In this document: positions 28,383 through 38,266 of the stretch, piece after piece
Numbering within the stretch: position 1 is the stretch's first letter
How the letters are laid out: every line of letters begins with the position of its first letter
Assembly (NCBI GenBank): GCA_002363735.1
Contig: DEWP01000008.1
Span: forward strand, 1 to 61,039
Source: Bacillales bacterium UBA3207
GTDB taxonomy: Bacteria; Bacillota_I; Bacilli_A; RFN20; CAG-826
Direction of reading: 5' to 3'
Length of the DNA stretch: 61,039 bases
Position numbers and translations under genes: made by a program
Notes under the pieces: generated by a model
What the model saw: only the letters and a program-made list of their open reading frames with translations
What the model was told of the DNA's origin: nothing
The model's database searches: none

Positions 28383-29993
28383 ATGAAAAAAGTTTCTCAA
28401 TTAATGGCTGCTGCTAGCGTCCTCGGTGTCGCTGTTGTTGCAGCTGCTTGTGGCAAATCCGGCAAAAGCGGTAATAAGCTTGAAATGTGGGTCGGATTTG
28501 GTAACGACTATACTGGTGAAATCACTCGTGTTATTGAGGAGTATAACGGTACAGTTGATTCGTATAAACTTAACCTCACCACAAAAGGTGCTTATACAAA
28601 GCTTGAAACAGCAATTGTGAACTCTTTAGGCGATAACTCTTATCCAAATATTGCTAACGGTTATCCAGACCACTTTGCAGAATACGTTCACGCTGGTATC
28701 ATGGTTCCACTTAATAAATATATTAAGGCTTGGAACACAAAGAACGGTAAAGACCTCATGGATGACTTCTATGATGCTTACGAAACTGAAAACGAAAACA
28801 TCTATTTCGATAAGTCAACAAATGAAAAAATCATTATGGGTTTACCATTCAACAAATCCACTGAAGTCATGATCGTTAATGGTCACGTTTGGGATTATGT
28901 TAAATCAGTTGATCCATCAATTGGAGATGTCCCAGAAACTTGGCAAGAACTTGCTGAAGTTGGACCAAACATTGTTACAGCGATGTCTGCCGTGATGAAC
29001 ACTACCAACAACTACCTCTGGGGTGTTGTTGATGCGACAACAAATGTTGCTTCTGACTTTGAATTCACAACAGCAAATGCTGCTCCAGCAGGAAAAGTCT
29101 TAATTCAAGACTTCTCCCAAGTTACTTCATCGAATGACTTCCGTGTCTTAGGTTATGATGATGGTGGTAACGCCTTTACAACTCTTCTCCGTCAATGGGG
29201 TGTCACTTATACTGACTTCTCTAGAGACATCTACTTTGCCGCTCCACAAGAATATGGACGTGCAACATTCTGGAGAACAGATTATAACGGTATTAACCAA
29301 CAAGAAAAAACACTTGATGTAATGATGTTTGTGAAAAATCTTTATAACCAAAAGCTTTTTGGCTTACCACAAGCATTTGGTGAATCCCAATACTGCACCA
29401 AACCATTCAAGGCTGGTAAATGCTTATTTACTATTGGTTCATCCGGTGGTCTCTCTAACTCCGTTGATAGTAATAACCGTATCGAAATTAAACATATTCC
29501 ATACTATGATGATGGCACAACAGTTCGTAAAGCTGTTATTTCCCAAGGTACATCATTAGGTTTATTCAACCAATTCACATCTAAAGACAAAGCTGAAGAA
29601 CAACGTCAAGCTGCTTTCGATGCCATGGTTGCTATTTGTACTGGTGAATTACAAGGTTCTTGGGTTAGCGCTACTGGTTACTTCCCAAGTTCTGAAAGTG
29701 CAATGAACTCTACTTCATATAAAGCTCTTCTTGAAGATAAGAATCCAACTGCACTTCGTGCAATGTATCAACAAGCTGCTACATTAAATAAAGGAACATA
29801 TGATAAAGAAGAAACAAACAAATGGGTAAAATTTGTTGATCATGGTTTCTTAGGATCAAGCGCGATTCGTACTGAATGTACAAATATTATTCAAAACGTT
29901 TGCGCTCGTGATGGTGTTAATACACGTGATGATGTTAAAAACTACATTGATACCGTGTGGAACAAACTTTCACAACAAGTGAGGACTAAATAA
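28383..29993 (+). CDS. ABC substrate-binding lipoprotein (Mollicutes-type)
   Basis: Lipobox VAAAC; YPNIANGYPD, LPFNKSTEV, GSSGG, SQGTSL, TGYFP; lies in the ABC operon. Confidence 0.85.
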   Translation: MKKVSQLMAAASVLGVAVVAAACGKSGKSGNKLEMWVGFGNDYTGEITRVIEEYNGTVDSYKLNLTTKGAYTKLETAIVNSLGDNSYPNIANGYPDHFAEYVHAGIMVPLNKYIKAWNTKNGKDLMDDFYDAYETENENIYFDKSTNEKIIMGLPFNKSTEVMIVNGHVWDYVKSVDPSIGDVPETWQELAEVGPNIVTAMSAVMNTTNNYLWGVVDATTNVASDFEFTTANAAPAGKVLIQDFSQVTSSNDFRVLGYDDGGNAFTTLLRQWGVTYTDFSRDIYFAAPQEYGRATFWRTDYNGINQQEKTLDVMMFVKNLYNQKLFGLPQAFGESQYCTKPFKAGKCLFTIGSSGGLSNSVDSNNRIEIKHIPYYDDGTTVRKAVISQGTSLGLFNQFTSKDKAEEQRQAAFDAMVAICTGELQGSWVSATGYFPSSESAMNSTSYKALLEDKNPTALRAMYQQAATLNKGTYDKEETNKWVKFVDHGFLGSSAIRTECTNIIQNVCARDGVNTRDDVKNYIDTVWNKLSQQVRTK

Positions 29994-31360
29994 TGAAAAA
30001 ATCATCTTTAGCATTACTTTCATTACTCACAGCTGGTCTTGTATTAACTGGATGTAATGCTGGTGGTAACAAAAAGAAATCAAAAAAAGGTCCTGAACCT
30101 TCAGAATCTGCTTGGACATATGCATTTAATAACGCTGTCCACGTTGGTTCTAACGTCGCTAGTAGCGAAGTTGATAACGATGTTAAACCAGAAGAGAAGG
30201 TTCCAACTCCATTTATCACATTAGCTAAATCTGCTAGTGTTCGACCAATGGGCGAAACTGACGATTACGCCTTCGAATATACTTACAAATATTCTGTTAC
30301 CGTGAATGGCGAGGATAAGGATGTTAATGATTATATCGAAGCCGAAACCTACTCTGAGGCTCTTTCTGTTACTGCTGTTCAATTCAAGAATTGGCCAGCT
30401 AGTGAAACAGAGCAAGCAACATGGCCACGCTTCAAAGTTGAAACAACTGCTAAATGTAATGGTTGGGAGCAAAGCAAGAACTATACAATGGTTCTTAACC
30501 CAGCATTATATGAATTTAAGAAAATGAGTTTAGCTGAAATCTATGCTAAACATCCAACCCTTGATTGCCTAGCTTGTTTAAAACAAACAGGAACTGACAC
30601 ATACAAGGCCGATTGTCCTGATGAAGAATTCTACAACGTCGAAACACAAGGTAAACTTGTTTATGCGACAGAAGATGGAAACTGGGGTATTCTCCAAGAT
30701 GGAGATAAATTTATTCAAATTTATCAATTATCTATGTGTCCAATCTGGGATATTATTAAACAAACATTAGTTGGTCATAATATTTGGCTCAAAGCTAGTG
30801 TGTCTCCAGCTTATGGAAACATCCAACTCTCTTATGTCAAATCAATTCTTCCAATTAAGGAAGGAGACAGTGCTCACCCAGTCACTGCGGGTAGTGAAAA
30901 ATCACTTACTGAAGCTGATGTGAGTAACCTCAATTGGTGGACAAACCCAATCTTCAACGTCATTGGTTCAATTTCGAACGCAACCGTTGTTGATGGTAAG
31001 ATTTACTATATCAAGAATGCTTCTAGCGGATCTAGTACAACAGAAGAAGTAGTTACCAAAAAAGACACCATCAGAACTGATACAAACCGTTACGAATTTG
31101 ATATTCGTGTTGGGTCTCACGTGTTTCGTTATGCCACCGACTATCATGCTTACTGTAGCAAGGATGGAAAAGGTAATCCAACCGAATTTAGTGCTGCAGT
31201 TGATACCTTCCTTAAAGGAATCACTGCTGGTGCTTCAATTAAAGTTGCCGGTACAGTTCGTTGGATAAACGATCGTACAATTGCTAGTGGAAACGATTAT
31301 ACAATTCGCAAAGCTGGTAACTGGTCAATTATTCCATTCTTACCTTCACACATTAACTAA
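29993..31360 (+). CDS. Lipoprotein with probable OB-fold domains, last gene of the ABC operon
   Basis: Lipobox LTGC; VETQGKLV...GILQDGD..IQIY...YGNIQL and GASIKVAGTVRW resemble extracytoplasmic OB folds. Coupled to the upstream gene via TAATG. Confidence 0.6.
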   Translation: MKKSSLALLSLLTAGLVLTGCNAGGNKKKSKKGPEPSESAWTYAFNNAVHVGSNVASSEVDNDVKPEEKVPTPFITLAKSASVRPMGETDDYAFEYTYKYSVTVNGEDKDVNDYIEAETYSEALSVTAVQFKNWPASETEQATWPRFKVETTAKCNGWEQSKNYTMVLNPALYEFKKMSLAEIYAKHPTLDCLACLKQTGTDTYKADCPDEEFYNVETQGKLVYATEDGNWGILQDGDKFIQIYQLSMCPIWDIIKQTLVGHNIWLKASVSPAYGNIQLSYVKSILPIKEGDSAHPVTAGSEKSLTEADVSNLNWWTNPIFNVIGSISNATVVDGKIYYIKNASSGSSTTEEVVTKKDTIRTDTNRYEFDIRVGSHVFRYATDYHAYCSKDGKGNPTEFSAAVDTFLKGITAGASIKVAGTVRWINDRTIASGNDYTIRKAGNWSIIPFLPSHIN

Positions 31361-31372
31361 AGTTAATGAGAT

Positions 31373-31405
31373 AAGGGCTCGTGAAAATTCACGGGCTCTT
31401 TTATT
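31373..31405 (+). terminator. Intrinsic terminator of the ABC operon
   Basis: aagggctcgtgaa-aa-ttcacgggctctt followed by ttatt. Confidence 0.8.
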
Positions 31406-31517
31406 ATGCAAAAGTCATCATTTTTAATATTTAAATAAAAAAGATATTGTTAAATTATTCAGCAAAAAATCTAATGTTTGTGTTAAAACATTTTATTGAA
31501 TAGTTATAATAATAAAA

Positions 31518-32684
31518 ATGAATATTAAAGATCTTGATTCATCAAAATGTGTTAATTGTCGTAATTGTGAAAATGTTTGTAGACAAAAGGCGATATCTTT
31601 TGTGAATGAAAAACTTGGTTTTGCTTTTCCGAAAATTGACTCAAATAAATGTGTTAATTGTGGATGCTGTGTTTTGTCATGCCAAATTGATAAAAAAGTA
31701 GAGTTTAATCATCCAAAAGAGGTTTATTCGTTTGTTTCGGATAAACCTAATTCTCTTAATTATTCTTCCTCAGGTGGTGCTTTTTACGAAATTTCATCAT
31801 ATTTTATTAAAAATAAAGGCGTAGTTTATGGGTGCGCAATGATAAATTGTCATGTAAAGCATATCCGAGTTGATTCACTAACAGATTTAAAATTACTTCA
31901 AGGCTCAAAATATGTTCAAAGTGATTTTGAAAAAACATCAGTAGAAGTCGAAGATGACCTAAAAGACAGGAAAAAAGTTTTGTTTTCTGGGACACCATGT
32001 CAAGTTTTTGCATTAAAGTTATATCTAAAGAAAGAGTACGATAATTTATTTACGATCGATATTGTTTGTCATGGCGTTCCATCACAAGAGATTTTTACAA
32101 AATATGTTCAGAATCTTGAATTAAAATTTAAAAGAAAAATATCCGAGATACAATTTAGAAATAAGAATTCTTTAAAAATCTACAATAAATGTCGTTTTAA
32201 TGAAACTATAAAATTTGATGATGGTTCATCGTTTGTTAGACCGTATTATAAATCATCGTTTTATTCCCTCTTCTTAAATAAATGTTTATTTATGGACGCT
32301 TGTTACCAATGCAAATTCGCTAGAAAAGAAAGAATTGGTGATATTACATTAGGTGATTTTTGGGGTATTAGAAGGAAGAACAAAGTAAATGATCAAGATT
32401 ATGGTTGCTCATTGGTGATGGTTAACACAACAAAAGGTGAATATTTAGCATCGATGATTAAAGATGGTTTAATTAAAGAAGATATCAACATCGCTATTAA
32501 AAATAATGAACAACTTAATTGCCCATCAAAACCTAGTGGAGATCGCCTAAAATTAATTGATATTTATCATGACGATTATTCTAATATTGATTTTTATTAT
32601 AAAAAACACTTTAAAAAGCAAAGATTTTTTGGATATTTAAAGAGTATTACACCGCGCTTTATCAAAAATATCATTAATAAATAG
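31518..32684 (+). CDS. Second 4Fe-4S + FrhB/FdhB-like protein
   Basis: Two CxxCxxCxxxC; SSSGG, QGSKYVQS, GTPCQ, DIVCHGVPS, GDITLGDFWG. Confidence 0.9.
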   Translation: MNIKDLDSSKCVNCRNCENVCRQKAISFVNEKLGFAFPKIDSNKCVNCGCCVLSCQIDKKVEFNHPKEVYSFVSDKPNSLNYSSSGGAFYEISSYFIKNKGVVYGCAMINCHVKHIRVDSLTDLKLLQGSKYVQSDFEKTSVEVEDDLKDRKKVLFSGTPCQVFALKLYLKKEYDNLFTIDIVCHGVPSQEIFTKYVQNLELKFKRKISEIQFRNKNSLKIYNKCRFNETIKFDDGSSFVRPYYKSSFYSLFLNKCLFMDACYQCKFARKERIGDITLGDFWGIRRKNKVNDQDYGCSLVMVNTTKGEYLASMIKDGLIKEDINIAIKNNEQLNCPSKPSGDRLKLIDIYHDDYSNIDFYYKKHFKKQRFFGYLKSITPRFIKNIINK

Positions 32685-32751
32685 TTAACAAATTTAAATA
32701 GTGAATTAAATTAATTTGCTATTTAATAAACAAATAGTCCATAATTTAAGA

Positions 32752-33576
32752 ATGAAAAAATTTTCGGTGCTGATGTCTGTATATGAAAAGGATAGCCCAA
32801 AGTTTTTTTATGATGCTTTAGAAAGTATCTATGAAAAGCAAACTTTAAAGCCAGATCAAATCGTTATCGTTGTTGATGGCCCAATCACAAACGATCTTAA
32901 TAATGTTTTAAATAATTTTGAAGCAGATAAAAAAGATATTGTTTGTATCTTAAGACTCGAAAAAAATAATGGTCTTGGTTTAGCTTTGAAAGAAGGGTCT
33001 AATTTATGCCGCAACGAATATATCGTTCGAATGGATTCAGATGATATTAGCACCCTGGATCGTTTCGAAAAATTGATGAAGTTTGCTGAGAATAATCCTG
33101 AATTAGATGCTTTTGGATCAGATATTGCCGAATTTTTTATCTCACCAGATGAAGAAAACAAAAAAGTTCGGGCATGCCCTTCCTCTCTAAAAGGTATCAA
33201 AAAGATGCTTAAAAAGAGAAGCCCAATGAATCATGTTTCTGCTTGTATAAAAAAAGATTCTCTTTTTAAGGTTGGTGGATATTTATCTTTACCTTATGTT
33301 GAAGATTATTATCTTTGGGCAAGAATGGTTGCTAATGGGTGTAAACTGGCAAATATCAATGAGCCTCTTGTTTATGTTCGAGTCGGTGATGGATTTTTAA
33401 AAAGACGAAGTAATAAAGAGATCTTGATCAACCGCAAAAAAATCGGTAAATATCTCCTGAAAAATAAACTATTGAATCGATTTGAGTATTTTTTATACAC
33501 ATTTGAGGCTCGACTTTTTATTTTAAGCCCAATTTGGTTAAAAAGGTTTTTTTATAAAACTTTATTAAGAAAATGA
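32752..33576 (+). CDS. Glycosyltransferase family 2 (AmsE-like)
   Basis: FSVLMSVY, DGP, GLGLAL, RMDSDD, PMNH, EDYYLW. ATG 32752 preferred over TTG 32716. Confidence 0.9.
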   Translation: MKKFSVLMSVYEKDSPKFFYDALESIYEKQTLKPDQIVIVVDGPITNDLNNVLNNFEADKKDIVCILRLEKNNGLGLALKEGSNLCRNEYIVRMDSDDISTLDRFEKLMKFAENNPELDAFGSDIAEFFISPDEENKKVRACPSSLKGIKKMLKKRSPMNHVSACIKKDSLFKVGGYLSLPYVEDYYLWARMVANGCKLANINEPLVYVRVGDGFLKRRSNKEILINRKKIGKYLLKNKLLNRFEYFLYTFEARLFILSPIWLKRFFYKTLLRK

Positions 33577-36500
33577 ATATTATTAGCCGATTAAGAAATT
33601 CTTTTTTTACTTTCAAAAAAACAAAACAAAGATTTTACAAGTGGTTTTTAATCATTTTATCTTCAATTTTATTTTTAGGCATTTTACCTTATGATAAAAG
33701 TTTTTTAACTTTATATAACTCAGAAAAAATAGGAACTATTATTAACTATGTTTTTACTGGAATTACGGCGTTTATTACAGTATTTTCTTTTATTTTCTTT
33801 AAAAAAGATAAGACAAAGATTTTTCTACTTTTTGGATTAGGTTTAACTTTTATCTTAATTGGGTTTGGATGGCTTGTTGGTTCTCTTTTAACAAACTCTC
33901 TTGAGTTTAGTCGTGTATTAAGTCTTGGTTGCTTTTTTATTTATTATGTTTATGTAATTAATTGTTTCGATGACAAAGATGATTTAATTTTTTCGTTAAT
34001 TATAACCACGCTATTTTTGATTATATCTAGTTTAGTTTTGTATATTTTAAAAAATCCTAATGTTATTTATACTGAGCGAGCTCATGTTTTTCGCTTTAAA
34101 GGAGTAGCGTCAAACCGAAACTCTTATATTGAATTGTCGCTCTTTCCTTTTGTATTTTTATTGTATTTTGCTTTAAAAAGTAAGTCATGGGTAAATCGTA
34201 TTTGTTATTGTTGCGTTGCAATAATACCTCTTGTTTCAACAATATTGACCTATAGTATTACCGCGATTATCATCTTTGCAGTTGCAACGATATTGATTAT
34301 TTTAAAAAAATGGTCCTATTATTTTACAAACTTTTATATCGTTTTACTTCTTTCGATACTCATATTCGTTCTAGCTCTTTATAGCAAGAACATGAAATTT
34401 TTAGACTGGTTTTATGAATTGGTAAATAAATCATCAACATTGACCGGTCGAAGTACATTATGGTTTAAAACATTTGATTTAGTGAAAGATGAATTAGTTT
34501 TTGGACATGGTTTTGATAATGATGTATTAATCCGAGAAGGATTCAAATACAATGACCCACACAACGGTTATCTTTATTTGGTATTAACCCAAGGAATCTT
34601 TGGTTTATTAATTTTTGTCTTTATTTTATTTATTGCCATTCGAAAAGATAAAGGAAAAAACCTGCTTTATACTATTTCCTCAATTTTCGTTGCTTCATGG
34701 ATGTATCGCTCGGTTGTCGAATCAGGGCTTTCTTATTCTCACTTCGTGTTTTGGACTGTCATTATTTTATTAATTCGAATCCGCTTAGAAACAGAACACA
34801 AGTTTCCGCCAATTCCTAAGACTCTAAAGAAAGATAAACAACTTAATGAAGAATCAAGGGATATTAAAAAAGCTTCTAATAACACGACAATGCTTTATCT
34901 TCACACGATTGCAAAATTAGTTTTCCCTCTTATTACGTTGCCATATTTAACCAGGGTACTTTCAAAAGATGTTTACGGTACAGTTTCATATGTCAAGGCA
35001 TTAATGAGCTATGTTCAATTAATAATTGATTTTGGTTTCATTTATTCTGCAGTAAAAGATATCGTGAAGATAAACGGCAATAAAGAAGAAACCGATCGAA
35101 TTATTTCAAACACAGTTTTTGCCAAATTATTTTTAGCAGTTTGTTCATTTGTTGTTGTTTTAATTCTTGCGCTTACTTTGCCAATTTTAAAAGGTAACAT
35201 GTTATTTGTAGTTCTTTCTTTTGGAACGCCTTTATTATCGATTTTCTTGTTTGATTTCCTTTTTAAAGGAATCGAAAAGATGCATTTTACAACAATATCA
35301 TTTGTTGTGATTAAACTTCTATCAACACTTCTAGTGTTTTTGTTTGTGAAAAATGATTCTGATATCGTTCTTATTCCATTATTTGACATAGCCGGTTCAT
35401 TAATAGCGGTTGCTATTTCTGTATTTGCAATGATCAAAAATGGATATTCCTTCAAAAAACCTTCATTTAGTGAATCATTTAAAGCTCTAAAAGTTTCTTC
35501 AACCTACTTTGTAAATGTTATTGCATCAACAGCATTTGGAATTATGCTGACATTACTCATAGGTATTTTTATACCAAACGGAACAGAAATATCTTACTGG
35601 GCAGTAAGTATGCAACTTGTTGGGGCTGTTCAGGCCTTTTATACTCCAATCAGTGATGGCATATATCCATACATGATTAGAAGGAAAAATCTCAAGATAA
35701 TTAAGATTATTCTTTTGATTGTTTTACCGATTGTTACGCTAGGATCTTTATTCTGTTTCTTCTATTCTGACTTAATTATTGGACTTGTATCTGGGGCAGA
35801 ATATATTGAAGGGGCATATGTGTTTAAAGCATTAGCTCCAGTGTTATTGCTCTCATTCCCTGTATCTATTCTAGGTTGGCCGGTTTTTGGCGCAATCAAT
35901 AAACCGAAACAGTTGAGTATTAGCACTATCATAGGCGCGGCTGTCCAATTAGCATCATTCTTATTCTTATTAATTATTGGTCAGATGAATCTTCTTGCTA
36001 TTGCTATAACAAGATGTATTTCAGAAGCGACAATGTTAATTATTAGAATTGTTTTTGTTTATAAAAATCGTCACGAATTTAATAAAAACGGAGGAGATGA
36101 AAAGATGAAAAAAGCTGGAATAATTACGCATTACAATGTTCATAATCATGGAGCTCAACTTCAACTTTATGCTCTGAGTAGAGTTTTATTAGAAGAAGGA
36201 ATTGAGGCAAAAGCCCTGCAATTTAAAAAGAATTATGATTTTATGAATCGAGCTGAAGCTGATAAAAAATACACATTTTCGATTAAGTCAATTCCATATT
36301 TTGTGAAATATTCTTTCAAAAAAGGAATATTTAGAACTATTTTTAACATTAGAAAAAGAAAAATGCTTAATCATTTTAGAGAAAAGTATTCTTTGAATGG
36401 CGAGTATTATTCACAAGCTAAAGATCTTGATCTAGTTGTGGTTGGAAGTGACGAAATATTTAGTATTGAAGCAGGAATAAATCCTTGGTATTTTGGCATC

Positions 36501-37214
36501 GGAGTCCAATGTCAGCATCAATTTTCATATGCTGCAAGTTTTGGACCGACCACATATTGCGATATTGAAAATCATAATGTATTAGGATTTATCAAATCTG
36601 GGTTAAATAATTTAAATAATATTTCGGTGCGCGATGAAAATTCACAGCAAATCGTCAATAAATTGATCAATAAAGACGTTCCAATTGTTTGTGATCCAGT
36701 AATTCTATTTGACTATAAAAAGTATATTGACGAAAAAGACATTGAAGAAAACAAAGATAATACTGTAAATAAATATTGCTTAATTTATTCTTACGATGAT
36801 CATTTGAATGACAAAGAAACTGTAAGAGCCATAAAAAATTACGCTAAACAACATAAATTATCGATTATTAGTGTCGGATATTACCATCGATGGTGTTCAT
36901 CAAATATCAATGTTGACCCTCTTGATTTATTTAAGTGGTTTAGCTGTGCAGAAATAGTTTTTACTGATACTTTCCATGGTACTGTCTTATCACTAGTAAC
37001 CAATCGTGATTTCGTTTGTAAAATTAATAATAACCAAAACAAACTAGTCGATCTTCTTAACCAATACAATCTTTTAGATCGTAAGGTTGATGATTTTTCA
37101 AAGTGTGAATTCGACAAACTTGGAAAGATTGATTATTCTAAGGTTAATCAAATTATTGAAAAGAAAAGATCTGAATCTCGAGAGATTTTAAGGAAATATA
37201 TTAAAGAATCATAA
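33573..37214 (+). CDS. Triple fusion: Wzy-like polymerase + Wzx flippase + polysaccharide pyruvyl transferase
   Basis: aa 1-~405 Wzy (FKGVASNRN, TLTGRSTLW, PHNGY); ~430-835 Wzx (PLITLPYLTRVL...YG...DFGF); from M845 pyruvyltransferase (NHGAQLQ, GSDEIF, YAASFG, SVRD, DTFHG). Confidence 0.85.
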   Translation: MNIISRLRNSFFTFKKTKQRFYKWFLIILSSILFLGILPYDKSFLTLYNSEKIGTIINYVFTGITAFITVFSFIFFKKDKTKIFLLFGLGLTFILIGFGWLVGSLLTNSLEFSRVLSLGCFFIYYVYVINCFDDKDDLIFSLIITTLFLIISSLVLYILKNPNVIYTERAHVFRFKGVASNRNSYIELSLFPFVFLLYFALKSKSWVNRICYCCVAIIPLVSTILTYSITAIIIFAVATILIILKKWSYYFTNFYIVLLLSILIFVLALYSKNMKFLDWFYELVNKSSTLTGRSTLWFKTFDLVKDELVFGHGFDNDVLIREGFKYNDPHNGYLYLVLTQGIFGLLIFVFILFIAIRKDKGKNLLYTISSIFVASWMYRSVVESGLSYSHFVFWTVIILLIRIRLETEHKFPPIPKTLKKDKQLNEESRDIKKASNNTTMLYLHTIAKLVFPLITLPYLTRVLSKDVYGTVSYVKALMSYVQLIIDFGFIYSAVKDIVKINGNKEETDRIISNTVFAKLFLAVCSFVVVLILALTLPILKGNMLFVVLSFGTPLLSIFLFDFLFKGIEKMHFTTISFVVIKLLSTLLVFLFVKNDSDIVLIPLFDIAGSLIAVAISVFAMIKNGYSFKKPSFSESFKALKVSSTYFVNVIASTAFGIMLTLLIGIFIPNGTEISYWAVSMQLVGAVQAFYTPISDGIYPYMIRRKNLKIIKIILLIVLPIVTLGSLFCFFYSDLIIGLVSGAEYIEGAYVFKALAPVLLLSFPVSILGWPVFGAINKPKQLSISTIIGAAVQLASFLFLLIIGQMNLLAIAITRCISEATMLIIRIVFVYKNRHEFNKNGGDEKMKKAGIITHYNVHNHGAQLQLYALSRVLLEEGIEAKALQFKKNYDFMNRAEADKKYTFSIKSIPYFVKYSFKKGIFRTIFNIRKRKMLNHFREKYSLNGEYYSQAKDLDLVVVGSDEIFSIEAGINPWYFGIGVQCQHQFSYAASFGPTTYCDIENHNVLGFIKSGLNNLNNISVRDENSQQIVNKLINKDVPIVCDPVILFDYKKYIDEKDIEENKDNTVNKYCLIYSYDDHLNDKETVRAIKNYAKQHKLSIISVGYYHRWCSSNINVDPLDLFKWFSCAEIVFTDTFHGTVLSLVTNRDFVCKINNNQNKLVDLLNQYNLLDRKVDDFSKCEFDKLGKIDYSKVNQIIEKKRSESREILRKYIKES

Positions 37215-38185
37215 TGGAAAAAATTAAATTATCTATTATCACACCAAACCATAACCATGGAGCCGATTTGATTAGGTATTTTTCTACTTTAGAAGATAAA
37301 AATTTATCATGGGTTGAATTTATTATTATTGATGATTGTTCAACAGATAATTCACGTGAGATACTTACTAAATATTCCAGCAATTCTCGGTTAAACACTA
37401 AAATAATTAACAATATTACAAACGTTGGTCCTGGCTCCAGTAGAAACATTGGATTAAAAAATAGCAGTGGAGATTACATAACATTTTTAGATTCCGATGA
37501 TTGCTTTGTAAGCAACTTTTTTGACATAATTTATAAATCATTAAATGATGTGCATGATTTGATTGTTTTTGACTATTATTCAATTAATGGAAAAAAGAAA
37601 ACAATTTGTTCAATTTTTAATCCTAAACTCGACAATGATTCATGCATCAATGATTTGGTTGCTTTTGTACGCGGAGCACCTTGGGGGAAAATTTATAAAA
37701 AGTCTCTTCTTGTTGACCACAACATTGAATTTCTTGATATAAAACGCCATGAAGATACGCCATTTACTAAAGTTGCTGTATCATTTTGTAAAGATTATGT
37801 TTACCTTAAAGAACCACTTTATTGTTATAAATATGATAAGAAGTCTTTAGCTCATAACAAAAAATATATTGATCCTATAAATTCTATAAAATCTCTTGAT
37901 TATATTCTTAAAAATATCAATCACGATATTTCAAAACACGTGATTAATTATTTGATTGCAATTGAGTTTTATTATACCTCTGGCGTCATGTATTCATTGA
38001 TTGAAAAAAGAAGTCAATGGAAGAAAACAATTTCACTTTATTCCCTGAATGCGAAGGATCTTAAAAATAATCCATATTTTAAGAGTCTTTCAAGATTGAA
38101 AAGAATTATTATTTTAAATGTATTAAAGAGGCGCTATTTGTTGACAAAAATCGCTTGTCTTATTGTTTTCGGAAGAATTAGATAA
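37214..38185 (+). CDS. Glycosyltransferase family 2
   Basis: SIITPNHN, DDCSTD, GPGSSRN, FLDSDD, PWGKIY, HED. Confidence 0.92.
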   Translation: MEKIKLSIITPNHNHGADLIRYFSTLEDKNLSWVEFIIIDDCSTDNSREILTKYSSNSRLNTKIINNITNVGPGSSRNIGLKNSSGDYITFLDSDDCFVSNFFDIIYKSLNDVHDLIVFDYYSINGKKKTICSIFNPKLDNDSCINDLVAFVRGAPWGKIYKKSLLVDHNIEFLDIKRHEDTPFTKVAVSFCKDYVYLKEPLYCYKYDKKSLAHNKKYIDPINSIKSLDYILKNINHDISKHVINYLIAIEFYYTSGVMYSLIEKRSQWKKTISLYSLNAKDLKNNPYFKSLSRLKRIIILNVLKRRYLLTKIACLIVFGRIR

Positions 38186-38230
38186 TATACAATTAAGAAT
38201 TATAAATAAAAATAGTCTTGTAAAAATAAT

Positions 38231-38260
38231 AGTGCCAAATTGGCACTTTTTTATTATAAT
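38231..38260 (+). promoter_or_regulatory. Palindromic operator over the -35 region plus TATAAT -10 of the HTH-ugd gene
   Basis: AGTGCCAA-a-TTGGCACT at 38231-38247; TATAAT at 38255-38260, 6 nt before the ATG. Confidence 0.65.
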
Positions 38261-38266
38261 TAAATT

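Noticed and set aside
13932-32684. Literal F420-dependent hydrogenase or methanogen origin for the FrhB-like genes
   Set aside because: No hydrogenase large/small subunits or F420 genes are present. The context is polysaccharide biosynthesis, where this family is common.
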